This document shows, one piece after another, positions 58,826-64,000 of a DNA stretch of 64,000 nt (position 1 is the first letter of the stretch; every line of letters begins with the position of its first letter). The DNA comes from an uncultured virus (IMG/VR IMGVR_UViG_3300010051_000002) (taxonomy: Duplodnaviria; Heunggongvirae; Uroviricota; Caudoviricetes). The notes under the pieces were generated by a model. That model did no database searches, was not told the DNA's origin, and was given only the letters and a program-made list of their open reading frames with translations. The DNA lies in the IMG/VR virus record IMGVR_UViG_3300010051_000002, positions 1 through 64,000 of that record; one strand, 5' to 3'. The position numbers and the translations under genes were made by a program.

Positions 58826-59298
58826 CAGTTAATAATGAAGTAAAAGAAGTAGAATATACAAACGAACTATATCACAAGGCAGTAATCTTTGCAATCAACA
58901 GACATAAAGGACAGAAAAGAATGGATGGTAAAACAGAATTTATAACACATCCACTTGCGGTTGCTAAAAGTTTACAGTGGTTAGATGAAAAGATAGTTGC
59001 TGTTTTACATGACACAATAGAAGATACACATACAACCTATCAAGATATTGAGGTTTTATTTGGTACTCGTGTGGCAAAAGCAGTAATGTTATTAACAAAA
59101 CCAAAAGATGTTTTCTATGAAAGATATATTGGTGATTTAAGAAAATCCAGAAATAAACTTGCCATTGCTGTTAAAATTGCAGATATAAAACACAATCTAA
59201 GCAGTGCTGAAGGTATTCCTGATCCTGATAAAAGAGCTAGATTAATAGAGAAATGGAAAAAAGCATTAAAGATCTTAGAATGGGAAGTAGTAGTATAG
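58822..59298 (+). CDS. HD-domain hydrolase, RelA/SpoT (Mesh1/small alarmone hydrolase)-like
   Basis: 'HKGQKRMDG..FITHPLAVA...AVLHDTIEDT...V..LTK...VKIADIKHNL'. Confidence 0.9.
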   Translation: MTVNNEVKEVEYTNELYHKAVIFAINRHKGQKRMDGKTEFITHPLAVAKSLQWLDEKIVAVLHDTIEDTHTTYQDIEVLFGTRVAKAVMLLTKPKDVFYERYIGDLRKSRNKLAIAVKIADIKHNLSSAEGIPDPDKRARLIEKWKKALKILEWEVVV

Positions 59299-59299
59299 T

Positions 59300-60370
59300 A
59301 TGAGTGCAATTAAACAGATAAAGATTTTAGAATTCAAGGAAATAACAAACTGTGTTAGATGTTCATCAGATAATATTATAAAACTAACCAATTACAAAAG
59401 AGTTGAAGATCTCAAGAATAATAGTTTCAACAAGGGTACCGATGTAAGTATACGCTGCAAAGATTGTCACTGTCTGGTGCATTATAAAGAATGATCATCT
59501 GTTTTTGGTGTAATGGTGAATCAACTACGAAAGGTAAACCTATTGGTAGAGATTCAGATAATTTACTAATATGCAAACCATGTTCAACTATTGATAGAAA
59601 AACACGTTATCATCTTAGAAGAATGGCTAGAGAATTACCTTTTATATTAGATAAATTATTTCCAAATTATCAGAGGTTAAATAAATAAAATGAAACAATC
59701 AAGTGAGTTTAGATAATAATGATTGAAATATTAATATCAAAAGGTCAGATTATCTGGTTTGTTGGTGTTATCTTTGTTATTATAGCCTTTATATATTTTA
59801 GAAATTATTTCACTCAATACTGGTATGGTACTGTAAGTGTAGAAACAAAAGATAAAATAATTGGTATTATATTATTGGCATTTGGTTTGCTTATGATATT
59901 TTTGGGAATAAACTATGAATATAAAATAGTGGAGTTTAAGGTTATCTGATATATATGGATGGTTGGGAATGGGCTACAGTAATAGGAATATCAGTAATAT
60001 TTGGTGCAGCAATTTTAGTTATAATATTCTATGAACTACCAAAATCAACAGATCAAAAATGTGCAGAATTATCTACAATAATGGAGCATAATAACACTAT
60101 TGTTACGTTTAAGGAAAAGTGTGCAGTTTATTATACAAATGAAAAAAACTATTCTTTCTTAGATTTTGATAATCCCAGCTTTGGTCCAAACTCTTACACG
60201 TTGGTGAAAAAGAAATGACACTATCAGATTGTAGTTTATACGGTCATAATCTGGAAGCAGATCCAGAACACGAACCAATACAAGAAGGTGATATAATACA
60301 TCTTCATGTAAGATGTAAAAGATGCAACCATAAGATGTTATTACATATGAATGAAAAAAATAGTTTATAA
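59300..60370 (+). other. Small ORFs: two Zn fingers (59300, 59491), two membrane proteins (59719, 59955), CxxxGH...CKRC protein (60215-60370)
   Basis: ORF track plus one ORF read by eye. Confidence 0.6.
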
Positions 60371-61113
60371 TTCGTTTTCTATTCTATCTGTCATTAGAAT
60401 ATAAGCATGATCATGTGCAACATGTTCTATTACTTCCTTTTGTTCTTTTAAATGTAAATAACTAAAATGCTCTTCACTTAGCGATATTGATCCAGTTGTG
60501 TTTATTTCATGTGCCATATAATCCCAATAAATTTTACAATAAGGACATTTGGTCATACTTTATCATTCATTATTATTAACCAGCTCATCTATACTGATAA
60601 ATTCCATTTAATTTACTTCCACAATGTCAAATTCAAATGATAGTTTAAATTGAAAACAATCAGATGATTCTAGTGTTACGTTTTTTAATTCTTTTCTATG
60701 ATCATTTAAGAATATTACTATATCATTAAATAATTTAGAATTTGCTTTTAATTCTATATTTATAGTTATTTGTATAACCTTGATTTATGAACTATAAACT
60801 TACTAGATTCTGAGTTAGCTTCTAATGTTTTTGCTGCTGCATTTGCATCTTCTTCATTATAATAACTATCAATTATTCTATAGGCAATTATTCCTTCTTG
60901 TACTACAACATAGATGTATCTGTCAAGTACTAATGGATCTCTTCTTAATTCATTATGGTATTCTATTGTATCACTCATATGCTAGATCCTTTCCTGTTTT
61001 TTCTTTATAGATTTTTTTGGTTTGTTCATATAATTCCTTTTCATCCATTTCACCATTTTTATATAAAAGAGTTAAAATGATTTCATTTAATATTGAGTCT
61101 TCGTTATTATCGG

Positions 61114-61554
61114 TCATTCTTTTTTACAATCCTTTGTTAAATCATCTAATACTTCTTTTGCCTGTTTTGCGTCTAGATTGTAAGGGTTATCTAATCTTAT
61201 TGTATACATGTGATCGTATTCATCCGTACAACGTATGTGTATTTCACCTGATTTTGGATCAATATACGGATCAGAATGTGTTGGTTTACTTTTAATGTGT
61301 ACGTTCTTTCTTTCTTCTTCGGGAATTGCCAGGTATTCCTCTAAACTATCAACCCATCTTGGTCTAATGTAATCTGGTTCTTTGAATGACATTATACGTT
61401 TCCAAGTATTACCTTTTTTATCTGGTATTCCATCATCTTGCCATAGTTCTTTTATTATTTTACCATTCTTTGATCTTTTAATAAAAGAATAACCAATAAA
61501 ATTACGTGATGGTTTAAGTTCTTTGTTCATTTGTGATTTTCCTTCTTCGGGCAT
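61114..61554 (-). CDS. Truncated paralog of the jelly-roll adhesin domain (C-terminal half only)
   Basis: 'FIGYSFIKRSKNGKIIKELWQDDG...NTWK...TIRLDN' vs 34850 'WIGYCFIKRNMNGYVLLQVWQDAG...NAWK...TVRIDN'. Confidence 0.7.
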   Translation of the reverse strand: MPEEGKSQMNKELKPSRNFIGYSFIKRSKNGKIIKELWQDDGIPDKKGNTWKRIMSFKEPDYIRPRWVDSLEEYLAIPEEERKNVHIKSKPTHSDPYIDPKSGEIHIRCTDEYDHMYTIRLDNPYNLDAKQAKEVLDDLTKDCKKE

Positions 61555-63127
61555 GCAAATACATGTTCACCTCTAGTTACTAAACCAATTCCATTACAGT
61601 AGTCGCATTTCTTTTGTTCTTTTTTGTTTGTCATTATCTCAATCCTTTGGATTGAATGGCATACCATCATCATCAAGATTGGGATCTGGGTAATCTGGTT
61701 CATCCCCTGTTCCATATTCTTTTAGATAGCAGTCATTACAACGGTCCATAAATGCACCCTGACTTTTACTAAAACAAGCTTTGCAGATACTTCTGTTACA
61801 GTTTAAACATGATTCACTACAATCTTCACAGTAATTTTCATTACAGTAATAACAGTAGTTTAGATCATCTATGTCTGGTTTACTACATGAACAGCAGTTT
61901 ATTACTTCACTCATTTTGGTTATACCTGTATTCCCTTATACATGAAATAGAACAAAATACTTTTGTTTTACCGTTGTATATTGTATGACCCATACAGATA
62001 GGATCACCACAGTACATACAATTATATGATTTTGCTTGAGTGCAACGCACACATTGTGTACTCATTCTATTTTTAACCTCTCAGCAAGTCTTTCTAGTTT
62101 TTGTTTATAATCTAAAGTTTCTTCAATTTCCTTTTCATATTCTTTAACTCTTTCTAATTGTCTTTTTTCTTCTTTGATAAATCGCTGATGTTTACAATGT
62201 TCAACATTATGATCACAATTTTCAATTGAATCGTTAATTAATTCAACAATAACACTATGCTCCCATGTATCTATTTGTAAGGTTATAAGATCATTACTCA
62301 TTTCTTTTCTACACTACTCCTTGTTGTTGTTGTTATTTCCTTACGTATATCACCTATTATTTCACGCATTTCCTGCATATCACTACTCATATCTTCAATT
62401 ACTTCTTTTGAAAGATAATTCTTGTTATTGCTTACAGTCATACTATGATGATCCCATAACAATTCAAGAGCTCTTGAAATTATCTTACGCTGTGTTATAT
62501 TGTAGAACCCTAGTTTTTTTGAACATTCATCACAGATCAGCCTATGAGATTTTTTAAATAAATGAGGTGGTATGCTGCACTTTTTGAATCTATCTACTTC
62601 TTCACCACAGAAATTACATTCCAATACCAGATCTTTACCTTCACCTAAGATTGTCATTCTAATTTTACTCCACACATGTGACAGAATTCGGTAGGTATGA
62701 AAACATTCTTATCTTTATCAAAGATAACCCAGCAATTCATATAACCTTCTGCTTTCATTACTCTTTCTGGATGAAAACCTTGCAATAATTGAAAACATCT
62801 ATGTTCTAGAAAGTTGAGAGTATTATCTAGTGGTCTAGCTGCATTAGATATTTTTATTCTGTTTTCTTTGTTAAACATTAATCAAAATACCCCCCTGATT
62901 TCTTTTTGTATAAATCCCTAGTTTCTATTGCATTTCTTACCTTTGTAAAGAATCCCGTGAAAAACTCAGGTTGTAATGAATACCTTGTTACCTGTTCCGT
63001 TCCATTCTGCACTATAATAAACATTACATGAAATAGATCTTCTAGCTGATCGTAGTTTACCGTAATATCTTTTAGCAAGAAGGTAGTATGCTCTTTATAT
63101 TCAACTGGTGGTTTATCTTCAGTCATT

Positions 63128-63310
63128 TTAAAATCCAATTTTGTTATCTTCCACATATTTTATGATCTCTTCCTTATGATTCTCAAACATCATATTGATT
63201 ATTCTTTGAATGAACTTGGATCGTGGAATATCACCACGTAGTTTATCAATTTCATCCAGTCTTTTCATATCAATCGATAAACCAATTCCTGTTTTTGATA
63301 GTCTGCTCAT
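63128..63310 (-). CDS. Ribbon-helix-helix transcription regulator
   Basis: 'GIGLSIDMKRLDEIDKLRGDIPRSKFIQRII'. Confidence 0.8.
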   Translation of the reverse strand: MSRLSKTGIGLSIDMKRLDEIDKLRGDIPRSKFIQRIINMMFENHKEEIIKYVEDNKIGF

Positions 63311-64000
63311 ATCATTCCATTCCGTTTATTTTCTTGGTTAATACCAGCATTTTATTTTCCAAATTCTGCATTNNTAAGTTGAATATTCTGTAAATGCAAT
63401 CTTGCTTCAACGGTTGCTTTTGTATTAAATGCTCTTAACATTTCAAGCTCCCTTTTGGTTACAGGAAGATTATATTCTGTTTCTGTCATTGTGGCATTGG
63501 TCCTGAATAACCACGTTCTATCTCACCATACTTTGATTCATCATATTCACCACTACCTTCTTCTATAATGCGATTCAAAACATCCTGTTTTTCCTTGATA
63601 AGATTCAGCTCTTCCTGTGACCATTCTGTTTTTCCTTCACTTTTTTCTTTAGTCACTCCTTCATCTATTTTTCGCAATTCAATCATTGCTTTCAGTCTGT
63701 TAATAACTACCATATCAATCACTTATTTGCTGAATTGTTTTTTATAGAACAACTTTTCTAAAACGGATTTAGTAAGGTATACCCTATAATTTCCAACTTG
63801 AAGCATTGTGTAGTTGTTATGATAACCAATTCGTCTAATTGTTTCATTCTTGATTGCAAGATCCGTTGGTTTGATTTTCATAAAATTGGCTTTGGATTCT
63901 TCTATTCCTTCTGCTATTACTGCTGGTTTTGTTTTTAGGTTCGCTTTCATTTTTATTATAACCTTGCAAGATTATTGATGTCTGCATTTAATAAGGTTTT

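Larger units (their letters stand above)
60365..63950 (-). other. Leftward operon of small hypothetical ORFs, many Cys-rich
   Basis: 60365, 60766, 61114, 61639, 62062, 62298, 62654, 62878, 63128, 63486, 63723; NN gap at 63373-63374. Confidence 0.65.

Overview
AT-rich, gene-dense 64 kb piece of a head-tailed (siphovirus-like) virus genome. The host is very probably archaeal: the window encodes MCM, GINS, PCNA and an Hjc-type resolvase, and TATA boxes lie about 25 nt before many start codons. Adhesin-like domains and secreted-type proteins suggest a Nitrososphaerota (soil ammonia-oxidiser) host; this is an inference. The window holds the neck/tail module (adaptor, terminator, tail tube, frameshifted tail chaperone, HK97 gp10-like protein, 2889-aa tape measure), many large adhesin/fibre genes, terminase large subunit, portal and a gpF-like head protein. 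An accessory region of small, often Cys-rich ORFs spans ~44.7-46.6 kb and ~53-64 kb and includes a RelA/SpoT-type HD hydrolase. I recognised no major capsid protein, DNA polymerase, integrase, reverse transcriptase, tRNA or CRISPR array. Most notable observations: (1) four exact copies of a 23-bp palindrome with an oriented 3-nt core, each between the stop codons of convergent genes; (2) accessory-region ORFs built from fragments resembling the virus's own virion proteins (possible decoys); (3) an adhesin with apparent Russian-doll nested domains; (4) a ~1000-aa modular extension on the tape measure whose repeat is shared with another gene; (5) a non-coding hairpin cluster with a cUUCGg loop. 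All family assignments come from motif recognition by eye, not database searches.
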